The notes: a model not told the origin generated them from the letters alone. A DNA stretch of 63,711 bases, filler included, from Bigelowiella natans CCMP2755 (GCA_000320545.1; 6 parts of 6 records of this genome joined end to end with filler, not necessarily neighbours in it), one strand, 5' to 3'. Positions 15,722 to 29,061 are shown, counted from the whole stretch's first letter. Translations and numbers: made by a program.

Positions 15722-15840
15722 ATGCTACTCCGTGGAAAGCGACGTTACAAACGAACTGTGTGGGTTGGTTGGTTGGTTGGTTGGTTGGTTGTCGGCTATT
15801 TATTTTCGGATCGGATCGGAACAGCGCGACATGGAATAAC

Positions 15841-15922
<82 letters not shown>

Positions 15923-15926
15923 TGGC

Positions 15927-15967
<41 letters not shown>

Positions 15968-16102
15968 TGGCACAACTACAGCTTCTTCTTCTTTCACGTG
16001 GACATCATTGATGATGACGCTGCCAACCCCTCCCTTCAATGCAGCAATGTATCTGCTGCTCGCCATCGTTTCTCTTTGGTACTACTACCACTACTGCTAC
16101 TG

Positions 16103-16137
<35 letters not shown>

Positions 16138-16183
16138 GCTGCTACTACTGCTACTACTACTGCTACTACTGCTACTACTACTG

Positions 16184-16214
<31 letters not shown>

Positions 16215-18549
16215 GTGTTCTAAATCAAGTTCCTCTCTGACCCATTATCATTTTCCCTCCACCATTAAAGTGAAAGAGGTTTTGCAGCACCATCCCTTCG
16301 GTATCCTCCTGGGAGGATGAGGTCGTCGACGTTGACAGCAACGTAAGAAATCCTGTGTACCTTAGAGCTAATACAATCTATGATCCCGAGGAGGAGGAGG
16401 AGAAGGATACATGGGAAAAGAGCAGTGAAGGATAACGTATACAAGAATATTGATGTCAATATTGATACGTTTGTAGGAGGATTGCATCATCATCGTTGTC
16501 GTTGCCTGCCCTTCTCCCGTCGTCTTCTTCTTGCCATATTTCGAATATGAGACTTTCTTCCCCGAAATCAAGTCTTGCTATGCTTACTAAAGAAACCAAG
16601 AAAGAACTTCCTCCTCAGCAGGTAGTTACTAACATGCGATATTTATTCAAAATCGTCATCTATCCGTGGCTCCTTGGTTCTTCTATCATTAGGTTATCAG
16701 TGCAGTTGAGAAGCTAGGAGGGCAGGTCACCATCCCGGATGTTGCAGCGGTAAAATAATAATACCGCATGGTACCTATGATTTGATGTTGCAGCGGTAAA
16801 ATAATAATCCTAATAATACCATCCCGGATGTTGCAGCGGTAAAATAATAATACCGCATGGTACCTATGATTTGTTGTGTATGTGTGTGTGTGTGTGTGTG
16901 TGTAGTTGCGTGGAAGTAGTAGTAGTAGTATAGGAGTTAAATTTATTACAAAAGCAGCGGTCTATAGTTAATATTGGTATTATCATGAAAGGGTAATGTG
17001 ATTAATCACTCACTGACTCACTCAACGATCTCTGTATCTTCTTCTTTTTGTTGTTTGTTATTGTTCATGATGATTTGTTTAGACTGCGGGGATTCCTTTA
17101 CAGCAATCACAACAAGGCCTAGTAAATCTAGCAGCTCTAACCGGTGCAACTGTCCAAGTCTCCAAAGATGGTAGTAGCAGCAGAAGTAGTAGTAGTAGTA
17201 GTAGTAGTAGAAGTAGTAGTAGTTGCATTATTCGTACCATTTCTTATCAATTTCCAGGTAGTAGGCACTACCATGTTGTTATCAATCCATTTGTTAGTAA
17301 ATAGGATTGCATTACTCAAATGCAGTTTATAGTTTATCTGTCATTACTCGTTGTTGTTGTTGTTTCCTGGTTAGAGATTGGTGGTACTAAGTAACTAGTT
17401 GTTGTTTTCCTGGTTAGAGATTGGTGGTACTAAGTAACTGCGTGCGTTGTTCAAAAGATAGAGATTATCATATTGAATTATTATTATTCATGATGATTCT
17501 TCTCATCCATCGTCGCTTATCATTACTATTCATTCCAGGCGATTTATTATATAAGTTTCCATCTGGAGTGCGTGGCGTGTTGTTGTCCCGGTCAATGAAG
17601 CAAAGGATGATCCAAACATGGGGAAAGACTTGGCCGGTCATGCTCTATATCACACGCGTTGTATTCGGGTAGTAGTAGTAGTAGTAATAGTAATAATAAT
17701 AACAACAGCAATCTGTATTCAGCGACAACAATGATATGTATATATAATAATGATAAGAATTAATAATAGCAATAGGAATAAATGCTACTGACAGTCATGC
17801 TTCATCACATAATTGAGCTTACTACTTCATCACATAATTCAACTTAATAATTACCAACACAGCACCATACTCAGAGCCTATAACGATAATGTGCAATAGG
17901 AATCAATAGACAATACAAAACACTACACAGTAGTTGCTGCCACCACCATCTCCTCCTGCCTTTGTTATGATCAGATTACTATCTGACATTCTCCGTCCGT
18001 TGATTATGATCTATTATCAAATCAAATCACAAATACAGAATAATGCTCTTTGCATCAATAACGGCCATAACATTGAGTATCACCATGCTAGCATCTGCTT
18101 CTTCGAGGTCTTCTAGCGATGATGGTAAGTTTCTAGTTGTGAATAATCAATGAGGATGATGTTGATGAAGAAAAATAACCCGATGAAAAAGATGAGGTAG
18201 AGAAATGCACGCCATTGCATGATAATATATATTGCGGAATCCCATCCATGCGTTGCTGCAATTTCCATGATCATCGTCACGCGTACATAATCACTGAACG
18301 TATTATTATCACTGTATTATTATCTATGTGTATTACTATTTGTTATTCGGAACACGGACAAAGACAACGGCGGGGGAGGGGGCGGTTTCATGCCAGGACC
18401 AAACTTCTTTTTCGTAATCATAACAACACATACTAACATTAAGTAGTTAGTAGTAGTAATAGTAGTAGTAGTATGATAGCAGGTTTTGATACTATGCACA
18501 AGGTGCCACTACTGTACTTGAAACATATGTGCGTGTATTTTTGTCAAAA

Positions 18550-18589
<40 letters not shown>

Positions 18590-18668
18590 ATTATGTGTCA
18601 GTAACTTAGATTATTGAAAATTATCAAAGATGATGATGAGAGAATATATAACGTTGTCGCTACTCTTT

Positions 18669-18709
<41 letters not shown>

Positions 18710-19125
18710 TTATATTTGTTTGCCAGCAAAGACGGCACACATACAACGAATAATCTTATTTTTTGCTTGTAGATTAACATCTCTTCATCATTCTCAATGT
18801 TGATACACGAAGATGCATAATACGTGATTGTCCATGCTCTGTAGTTGTAACACCGTCATTGTCATCATCATCATTATCATCATCATCATCATGTAAATAA
18901 TGCATGTAATTACAAATAACAACATCGTATTGGCAATAATAGATTCACATTGGCCCCTCTCCGTTCGACTTCCTTCGTTACGATTAGTCAGTATATATAC
19001 CTAGTAGTAGTAGAAGTAGTTGTAGAAGTAGTAGTAGTAGTAGTAGTTGCTGTTGTTGTTGTTGTTGTTGTTGTTGTTGTAGCAGTAACAGTAGGCATCA
19101 TGAGTAATACCAAAATAAGAATAAG

Positions 19126-19163
<38 letters not shown>

Positions 19164-19541
19164 GTCATGTACACACTCTCGAATAAAGCTATTAAAGACA
19201 TCTAACAGTAATAGGAGAGGAAAGACTAAATAAATACTACAATCTTAACGATGAGCATGGACAACAACGATGATGACATTAATAGTGAATGAACATGCTG
19301 TTGATGGTGATAATGATGGCGTAATGAGGCTGAAAATGATTATATTTATTTAATATTATGATGGTATATGTATATCGTTCTTATTTGTTGGTTATCTATC
19401 TCATCAACTAATTAGTGCATACTCGAGCCCTTATCGTCGTAGCAGATACAGCACTCGAACTCGGTATTAATAGTAATAAATGATAGTAAAATACAGCATC
19501 ATAATACATATAGTATTACCTACCCCAACTTGATTTGTTTT

Positions 19542-19575
<34 letters not shown>

Positions 19576-19707
19576 AGCAGTTCCACCAAGATACAGCAGA
19601 AATTAGTAATACATGAAGAAGAGAATAAGATAATGATGATGATGATGACAAATACAGACTACATATATCCTGATGATCGATGGAACTACTTACTTACTCA
19701 TCAATTG

Positions 19708-19738
<31 letters not shown>

Positions 19739-19913
19739 CACTTACTATATGAATGCTGCACTTACTGACTTATATTAGCTAAATTGTCTTGTTACTACTA
19801 GTACGAACAAGATGATAAACTAATGATGAGAACGACGATCGACAACATTGTGTTTGTTATTTCTTCTATGCGTTGTTATTACTTACTCACCCTTATTAAT
19901 ATATGATTAATAT

Positions 19914-19965
<52 letters not shown>

Positions 19966-20882
19966 GGTATTTCAAAACTCCCTAACCCCCCCTTCGTACT
20001 AATATAATCATTAATATTTAACGAAGGGCAATGACAGCGGAGGATGAGGTGAGGGGCTCCGGCTATATTGACGACCGAGGTTGGACAGCAGTTTGTGTTA
20101 GTTGGTTGTAAGATAATAGTGGTAGTAGTAGTGTATATAGGTGAAAAGGATGAAGAGGAGGTAAGGGTCTCCAGCAGCAGCAGCAGCAGCAGCTATAAAG
20201 GATGATTATAGAAACGATAAAACTATTATGTAAATTGACACATTATTACTTTGATTGATTTAAAACAACATATTAATGATATATATATATAGACGTTAAT
20301 ACATATATCTAATAATAATAATAATAATAATAGGGCCTTATTATCACGATGATATCTACGAATATGAACAAGAAAGGAGAATGGGGATTTTGCCAGTAAG
20401 AGAAATTTTATATGGCAGAAGTTACTTAACACAGAATAAGAAGAAGCAAAAAATCAAAATACAGTCGAGTCAATCAACTAACCAGACTACTGAGTGATAA
20501 TGACAAATTATGGATCAATGTATATGATGAAGATAAGAGTGATGATAACATATTATATGCCGATGTATATGATGATGATGATAACATATGTCTACGACAT
20601 AATTTGTCGGTCTCTTACTTTCTTCTTCTCTGTCTACCTCTCCCTTCTTCTTCTTCTAACTGTTTGCTGGTAGTGGTGGTGGTGGTAGTAGTACTCTTTT
20701 CGAGCTGTCTTATCATTATATCATATTATTCTCCATAATGATGCAATCAATTTCATCTACATGATTATCCTCATGGTCATCATCATGATATGCTACCAGG
20801 CAATCTTTAGCTATGTGTTTGGGGATGGTATCCCTAGAGGTTTGGAAAAGGTAAAAGAGTAGTCCCACTTTCAATCCACATG

Positions 20883-20916
<34 letters not shown>

Positions 20917-21172
20917 TTACTGTATATAAAACTACATTTTTGTGCGCGGCCACATGTCAATCAACTAATAATGACGATATGATGTTCGTTGTTGTCAGTT
21001 TTGTTCTCCATTTTTCACCGTTATCATTGTAAAAACTACCAACAACAGGAACGTCTCAAGATGGCAGCACAGATGATAAGGAAATCAGGCGGAGCTGTGG
21101 TATGAGATGTTTGTTGAGTTATAATATAAAGGAAATAAGGAATCTGGTGGACCTGTGGTATGATGACTTCGT

Positions 21173-21212
<40 letters not shown>

Positions 21213-21350
21213 CCAACTTATGATGATCAACGGGGTGTTTCAATTATCATACGACCCTTGATGATTAGCTAATGCTAATTGCACTGTTTCTCATACTGGT
21301 GCCAGAACCATGTCCATTATATTGATCATCACCTCCATCATGCAAAAATA

Positions 21351-21392
<42 letters not shown>

Positions 21393-21806
21393 CATGTATC
21401 CATTGATTTATTCGTTCAAAGGTTGCAGATCAGCTTGCACCTTACCTGCTTGATCCAAAGGAGATGATGAGTAGTAATAGTGACGTTGATGGTAGTACTT
21501 CTATCAACCATCACCAACCCCCACCAAATGATATAGAATAGTGGGAGAAGGAGGAAGAGGAGGAGGAGGAGGAGGAGGAGGAGGAGAACGTATCCGTATT
21601 TTCTCGTACAAACGGACTGAAAAATAAGAATAATTTTTAAAAAACAGCACACACATCTAGTAGAATCAGTAGTAATTGTCATCCTTAGGAACCTTATCAA
21701 TAATAGTTTGTGACGGACCGATATACCTAGTACATCTGTATGTAGTGTTGATCGATGATCATTGATGTGTCATGTTTGTATGCTGCTTCTTATTCACATG
21801 CATGAG

Positions 21807-21842
<36 letters not shown>

Positions 21843-21941
21843 TTAATATATATAATATCAGGGTCATCATCATCACGTGTAGATGAACGGGATGTACTAC
21901 CGATCCTGCAAGCATTAAGAGTTAGTACTCATCTTATGTAC

Positions 21942-21972
<31 letters not shown>

Positions 21973-22597
21973 CATGTTATGTAGAAGTAGTAGTAGTCAT
22001 GTTATGTAGAAGTAGTAGTAGTCATATTGATGATCATAAAACTGACTGACATTCTTCTTCTTCTTCTTCTTCAAGTATGAATGATCGAATGAAGGAAGCA
22101 ACAAATTACATTATTTATGCTGATTCTTATATACCGATAATGTTGTTTTCTTTTATTTAAAAAGAAAAGGAGATGGTGTAAAACACAGAGTAGTCAGTCA
22201 GTCAGTCAGTAGAAGAAGAAGAAGAAGAAGAAGAAGAAGAAAGGAACGAATGCCGTTATGCTGCAATATAGACGACTAACAGCGAGCGTGATGATGATGA
22301 TAATGATGATGATTATGATGACGATCCGGCATTCATCGACCACCACCATAATCATCATCATCATCATCATCATCATTATCATATTATAACAATTAGCTAT
22401 GAACGACTGCTATTAGGGTCATCCAGAAGTAACAGAAAGCGGCACTATCGTATACGTCTTTCCTGAGTTGCAATTATCTGCCAGCGGTCGTTGTGATATT
22501 ATTTTAAAAAATGGATGATTTTGTGGATGATTTGATGTGAAACCCAATGACAATCACATCGAAAGAGAAGGAAACTATTAGCAGCAACGACGACGAC

Positions 22598-22630
<33 letters not shown>

Positions 22631-22802
22631 AAATAAGAAGAGGAAGAAAAGCCACTCAAGTCACGTCATTCTCGTAGTAGTAGCAGTAGTAAGTAGTAGT
22701 AGTAGTAGTAGCAATTTGTCAGTCATGATATGTACCCCATGTCGTTCCTACTTCTTCTTGATGATGATGATGATGATGATGATGATCCATTCCTCCCATT
22801 CC

Positions 22803-22848
<46 letters not shown>

Positions 22849-23444
22849 CTTAATCCTATCTGTCCTACCTACCATATCCATCAGCTGCAAGGCGAGAAAG
22901 GGCCCCTTTTCCTCCTAGTTACTTCTCTGAGCCTACCATTTCCTTTTCACAAGCTGCTGGGGGAGAAAAGTTTACTGCGGGTTAGTAAGAGTAGTAGTAG
23001 AGTAGTGGCGGGGGTGGTGGTGGTGGTGGTGGTGGTGGTGGTGGTATAATACTCAAAATACTATATAGGATAAAGACGATGATAGGGTACATATTATATA
23101 TATACACATATATACATGTACACATATAATATGTATGTTTATATTGTTTATCAGTATATTCATGCAATTGTAGTACAACGTTGCGGATCATCATGAACGT
23201 TTCGTTGTGTTGTATTCTCATCTCCTTTCTCTTCTTCTTAATCACCACTACCACTACCAGGAGCTCTGTGTGCTGCAAATTTAGCCCTCGTTCTGTACCT
23301 TGGATCAATGCTTAAAAAGTAAATAATAATGGGATAGAGTGATGATAGAGTGATAGGGGTGACAGAGAGGGGAGGAGATCAGGGAGAAGCGTGTGTCGTT
23401 GTCTGCTGTCTGAATTGTTATACTGGGATAATGAAACGACGTAT

Positions 23445-23476
<32 letters not shown>

Positions 23477-23571
23477 AGTGTGTGAGTAAGTGTAATACTA
23501 ATGGAATAATCAAAAAGTAAGTGTGTGTGTGTGTGTATGTGTTTGTGTGCGCTGCTGAAACTCACTCCAAA

Positions 23572-23602
<31 letters not shown>

Positions 23603-24250
23603 AATTGATTCAAATTGACTTATTCATCGTGATACTACATTATTATCATCATCATCATGTGTGTGTATGTATGAGTTCAATGTTGTACAGTCTTTATTCG
23701 TCGTCATCATCACTCTGCATTCAGTAGTAGTAACGTACACATTCGTCGTTGTACTTGTATTATCCTTGAGGTGGAAGTGTAATAGTTGTTGTTGTACTTG
23801 TATTATCCTTGTGGTGGAGGTGTAATTGTAATTATCAGTCATCATGATCATTTTCTATGTGATGATTATATATTGTCTTTCTTCCTAGATTTAACGATTT
23901 GAACATTTTGCTTCCGGGATTCCTCGGCTTCAGTAATGATATTAAAAATAAGAATAATAAGAAGAATAATGATAAGAATAATAATCGGATTGAGGTTAAA
24001 ATCGATAGCATTTTAGGACCATTTCTACGGCCAAAATTATCAATCTAATTAGATATCAAATCCCTCTAAGATGCATTATTTGGAATCCAAGTTATGCTAT
24101 GAAATTTTGAATTATTTCTGTGTTTCTCACAGTGTTGCATAGTAGCGGTAGTAGAAGTGGTAGTAGTAGTGTCATAGTCGTCTTCAGAGTTAAAATAATG
24201 ATGAGAAAGTCGGGATATTATCATCAATGTATCAATATGACTATAAATCC

Positions 24251-24283
<33 letters not shown>

Positions 24284-24667
24284 ACTTTTTCATCACAGTC
24301 TCATCAGCATCATAAGCCGCATGATGCATCATCCATTTGTTTAACCCTACCCCCTCCCTCCATCTTACTCAGTGCAACAGGTAGAACCGGTACTTTTATT
24401 GTACGCGGTTGCTCTCAATGGTATCCCACTCGTAAGGTAGTAATTGGTGCTTTTGTTATTATTATTGTTGTTGTTATTGTTGTTTTAAGTCATGATGTGG
24501 TATGTACGTGCTTCGATGATCGATAGATGTTCCTATTCAGAGGATACACAAACAACATCATTTGACAGCAATATAATGAGACCAACGCTTTCTTATGTCA
24601 GTCCTTAATGATGTGTCAGTCGTTATTACCACCACTACCACATAGAGTTTTGTGTGTTTGTCAGTGC

Positions 24668-24706
<39 letters not shown>

Positions 24707-24943
24707 TGTGTGTGTATGTGTATCATTCTATATCCCTCCTTCAAACGACGTCTTAGGAAAGTATTCATATCATTACGAAATCGACGCATTGAGGCACGGA
24801 ATGACAATAGGAAGAGGTGCTGATGTGCTACTACTACTGCTGCTACTACTATACTATATAATGCATGTACTAATTCATGTATCTGCTGTATATCAATCAC
24901 ATGATGAAAAATATCCATAATGAGTAGGTAGCATGACGACATG

Positions 24944-24980
<37 letters not shown>

Positions 24981-25013
24981 CGCTCACCACGTATTCTTCT
25001 TCCTGACCATCAC

Positions 25014-25051
<38 letters not shown>

Positions 25052-25215
25052 CAGATGGGCCCTAGCTTTGAGGGATCATCCTGAAACTGCCTCACGTATA
25101 CAGGTTGGTCGCTTACTACCTTCTTGTTGCTTGCTAATGTTGTTGTTGTTGCTTGCTGATGTTGTTGTTGATGTTGTTTCTGAGTGATAATACACTGTTG
25201 TTTGTATTATTAAAA

Positions 25216-25257
<42 letters not shown>

Positions 25258-25466
25258 CATTATATAATGATTTAAAACCCATTGGTGTAGTACGAAGTAA
25301 TATTTATTCAAAATTAGTGAGCGGCAAACAATCAGCATCATTCTAAGATGTGATGCCACACACACACACACACACACACACACATTTGCATCACATATGT
25401 ACGCATCATTGGCGGCATCATCATTTTATAATCGTATGACTCCCTATCATTATCATTGTTATTATC

Positions 25467-25500
<34 letters not shown>

Positions 25501-25634
25501 ATGTAATAGTAACAGTATTCCATACCTCTTTTCACTTCTCTTTTTTTTGTTTCTAATGCTTTGCCTCGTACCATTCTGGTTGTAGGAAGCACAACAGTAC
25601 TCAATCAAGCTCAAATCAGCTGATAACATGGTTA

Positions 25635-25669
<35 letters not shown>

Positions 25670-25743
25670 TGAGGATGTAATGATGTTCATATCTCGATAT
25701 CATCATCACTATCATGCAGAGCGATCTAGTAGGGATGGATTAA
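15722..25743 (+). CDS. At5g03900-like plastid membrane protein (cyanobacterial-origin family), about 24 small exons, bipartite leader
   Basis: In-phase exons: VISAVEKLGGQVTIPDVAA (16693-16749)|TAGIPLQQSQQGLVNLAALTGATVQVSKD|GDLLYKFPSGVRGVLLSRS...YITRVVFG|IMLFASITAITLSITML|...GPSPFDFL...|AIFSYVFGDGIPRGLEK|ERLKMAAQMIRKSGGAV|VADQLAPYLL|...VLPILQALR|GHPEVTESGTIVYVFPELQ|...FSQA|GALCAANLALVLYLG|...GIPLVR|KVFISLRNRRIEARN|...|SDLVGMD* (stop 25741-25743). This follows the family motif order as I recall it (FGDG, APYL, GxPEV..GxIVYxFPELQ). The start codon is uncertain. Confidence 0.88.
15840..16213. repeat. Long (CAA)n and (CTA/CTG)n microsatellites; representative of the (TA)n, (CA)n, (GA)n, (TAG)n, (CAT)n and (GAA)n tracts filling introns across the window
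   Basis: Read directly; these tracts produce most of the poly-Q/N/Y/IY/VC/RE ORFs in the track. Confidence 0.95.
16729..16873 (+). repeat. Local duplication of an exon end plus splice donor (56 bp x2 and one partial copy)
   Basis: accatcccggatgttgcagcg|gtaaaataataataccgcatggtacctatgatttg at 16729-16784 and 16818-16873; partial copy at 16784-16808. Confidence 0.95.
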
Positions 25744-26089
25744 ATGTTTGAATGATGATATCCAAAGAAATTGGAACATCTATCTTCTTCACGATGTTTG
25801 GTGTGTCATGTTGGCAATAATTGAGAACATAAAAAAACAATTTTATTTTCTTTCATTGCTGTACATCATAATAAAAAATTCTGGAGTCACGGATTTGTTC
25901 ATATTTTATAATAAGGATTATTCCGGCTGTATGTAATGCACGAATTTGTTCATATAATCATCAGGACGTTCTCTATAGCACAGACAACGAAATCGATGAC
26001 CTTCTATCCGTAAGCTAATTTCGATTTTGCTTACGTATTGAAGACATTTTTCCACCATTTCAGCTATCGATCTATCCCGTCATGTTGTC

Positions 26090-26121
<32 letters not shown>

Positions 26122-27138
26122 CATTATTATTATGTGTAGAGCAGTATTTTTATGTCATATTCCCGTTGGTATCGACCTATCGTCCCATGTACAAATTTAT
26201 GATGTACTCAACTGTACTTTGTGGGGGAAATCCAGTATTTGTATGTGTGTGTGTGTGTGTGTTGTCCGTTTATCTTTATTTCTTTTGTGAATTCATATTG
26301 TCGTATAGATCCTTTCAAGTTATGAGTGTTGTGCATGTGCATGATTGTGTGCATGAATGTAGGAAAATGAAATTGACGACTTTGATGCAAGACTCACTGG
26401 CAAGGTAAAAGGGGTGGGCAGCAATGATGTGTCATAATTCATGGTGAGAAGTGTACAATGGTTGAATGAACATCACACAATCACGCGCAGTGATGTGAAA
26501 TGTATTTGTTGGATTCTCTAATGACGTCCTAGCAGAATTTAGATCGAACACTGATGTGTGGTTTTCATGTTTGATCCATCTAAGATGTGTGAACAGCCTT
26601 GCTTCCACGCTGTGTTCTTTGCACGTGTGCACAAATCCGAATCGATTTGATTGCAAAAGTTGAGGTGCAGAACAACGTGCATGTTGCGTGTCCACGTTTG
26701 TTGCATGTGCATTGGCTGCTGATCAATGCGCCAACAACATGGCGTCAATGCATTTTCGCGCGGTTCCGACGTCTTGCGTGTTGGTGTTCAATTCGTTGGT
26801 CTTGCAGTTTGTGCGGTCCCACACAGTTCATTTTTCATGCATCCGCATTCAGTCGTGCTGGCGTGTCAACGGCTGTGCTCCACGCGCGGCCGCATGCAAT
26901 GCACATGCAGTGAATTGCATTGGCGATTCAAGACCGCATCAATTTTTTGCACCCAATGCAGTTGTTTTGCATGTGACATGCGCAACCGCACATTGATGAG
27001 AAACGAATGTGAAAACATCAATTTCATTGAGCCTGTCACTTCAAATCACAAAAGCACAATGTGCGAACATTCAAAAGGTCGCAACCAAACAAATGGGCTT
27101 CACATTGCAAGGTTTGAAACTTGTTTGCATGTCAGTCT

Positions 27139-27315
27139 CTAGGGTCAGGGTCAGGGTCAGGATTGGGGTTGGGGTTGGGGTACTGGTCACGAGTTAGGGT
27201 TAGGGTTAGGGTTAGGGTTAGGGTTAGGGTTAGGGTTAGGGTTAGGGTTAGGGTTAGGGTTAGGGTTAGGGTTAGGGTTAGGGTTAGGGTTAGGGTTAGG
27301 GTTAGGGTTAGGGTA
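27139..27315 (+). repeat. Telomere: 20 x TTAGGG (27194-27313) preceded by variant repeats TCAGGG x2, TCAGGA and TTGGGG x3
   Basis: Read directly; the G-rich strand runs toward the contig end, as expected for a chromosome end. Confidence 0.95.
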
Positions 27316-27415
27316 NNNNNNNNNNNNNNNNNNNNNNNNNNNNNNNNNNNNNNNNNNNNTTAATTAATTAANNNNNNNNNNNNNNNNNNNNNNNNNNNNN
27401 NNNNNNNNNNNNNNN
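27316..27415. other. Artificial contig-joining spacer
   Basis: N44-TTAATTAATTAA-N44; the 12-mer has stops in all six frames. Confidence 0.99.
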
Positions 27416-27502
27416 TGCTGCGATCTATTCATATCTGTAAGTGGCCACCTGCCATCCAATGAAACGAACAACACTTCGTCCTCCTTCCCACCAAAACCTC
27501 AG

Positions 27503-27866
27503 GTGATGCTCGTAGTCATCGTTGTGCAAGCGATGGTGAACGTCGCCATGGTCATGCTGGACGAAACAGCGCCTGGGGCCATCGGTGATTCAGCCTCCCC
27601 ACACACGCATTCGTCGCCGAGAGCTTGCTTGTTTACCTGGTTTGGGGCTTGTTTGTAGGTTGGTTGACGTGGCGCGACTTGCTGCATCTGCTGGATATGC
27701 TCTGCTGCTGCGCGATTTTGATCCCCATCGTGTGGTCCATTCGCCACCTCACGCAGGTTGGTAGTGGTTAAGGATTGTGGAGTGGCGGGAGGGAACGACG
27801 CACACGCAAGGACGCACAGGAGGAGGACATGTGTTAGATTGATAGAACCTATATGTGGATATATTT

Positions 27867-27917
<51 letters not shown>

Positions 27918-28378
27918 CATAATGCGTGCGCGCGTGCGCGCGTGTGTGTGTGTGTGAGTGTGTGTGTGTGTGCTATGAAGATCATGTGTGTGAGGAATTT
28001 TTCATCGTGTATACTTTTGGCGCGTGTGTACTAGGCGTCTGAGAGGGATGGCAAAGCTGCTCGAGATGCGGGAAGGCTCAAGCAATTTAGGTTTGAACGC
28101 ACCCGCACCCACATGACAAATATTATATAAATGCTGTGGAGAAATACACCTGCTGCATATTCTCGTTGCTTGATGCGACACATGGTCTCACCATCACGCA
28201 ATCGTGCGTTGAGCTGTACTTACATTCTTCCCGTGTTTAGAAAATTCTACATGGCCGTGGTGGCGTATATTTATGTGACGCGTGTCGTCGTGTTCTTGCT
28301 CGACGCGACGCTTCCCTTCGAGTCAGGACAACGCTATTATTGAAATAGAAGAGGAGGGGGGGGGGGAGAAGAGGAGAC

Positions 28379-28410
<32 letters not shown>

Positions 28411-29061
28411 ATTGTTGTTATAACCATGATCCTTAGATTGTCTAAGATGGTGGTTCCATTTGTGATAATTGGATAAGATGGTTGTCTATGATGGTGGTTC
28501 CATTTTTCGATGATTTGATTTAGACGATGCTGCACAGTCAGCTCACCCAACCCATTCTCACGGTTGCTGCTGCTGTTTGTTGCGTGCTGCTGTTGCGATG
28601 GTGGTGTATAAAGGTACACATGGCTGGCGAACGTGTTCTCTGAGTGCACAAGCTTGCTCTTTTACCTTGGAACAGGGTGGCTCTTCCGGCCGAGGGGGTA
28701 CCTGCTTACCCTATAATATAGGGATTGTGTGTGTTAACTAGTAGCAGCAACATCATTTTGGGTGCTATTTCGTGATCGATTAATTTCCACATAGTTCTCC
28801 GACCCGTGCGTTTGTTCATCTATCATATTTACAATTGCTTCCTTTTATGGTGACCCTGACAGGCGTAATCCTTATCTTAAGCTAGAGGGAAACGAGAGCG
28901 ATGACGAGGAGGTGCGTTGTCGAGTGCTGTGTAGTGCTATGTATGCTTGTATGTGATATATTTAGCTAAGTAAGCGAAATTTTGTCTGCCTGCTTTCATG
29001 CGTGATTGCTCAGATCGAGATGGATCCACAGCCAGTATCCGTGGTGGATGAGAAGGCATAG
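27503..29061 (+). CDS. GPR107: GPR107/GPR108-family (lung seven-transmembrane receptor) protein, C-terminal part; 5' truncated
   Basis: Seven exons: VMLVVIVVQAMVNVAMVMLDETAPGAI|GWLTWRDLLHLLDMLCCCAILIPIVWSIRHLTQ|ASERDGKAARDAGRLKQFR|KFYMAVVAYIYVTRVVVFLLDATLPFE|YTWLANVFSECTSLLFYLGTGWLFRPRG|RNPYLKL...|IEMDPQPVSVVDEKA*. Hallmarks CCxAIxxPxVWSIRHL, DGKAA and FRP..NPYL are present. Confidence 0.92.

Noticed and set aside
15673-16320. Long poly-Q/N/L/T/Y ORFs in the ORF track
   Set aside because: Translations of intronic (CAA)n and (CTA)n microsatellites; the same applies to the IYIY, VCVC, RERE and THTH ORFs throughout.
2200-26300. Possible decayed endogenous giant virus or gene desert
   Set aside because: The coding-like fragments resolve into spliced exons of host-style genes; I recognised no viral hallmark genes.
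26432-27197. Overlapping ORFs in many frames near the telomere
   Set aside because: A by-product of TpA loss, which removes TAA and TAG stops on both strands; no protein similarity recognised.
27360-27371. TTAATTAATTAA repeated five times inside N runs
   Set aside because: Artificial six-frame-stop linker. Gene adjacency across it (for example MCM8 next to DNA2) has no biological meaning.
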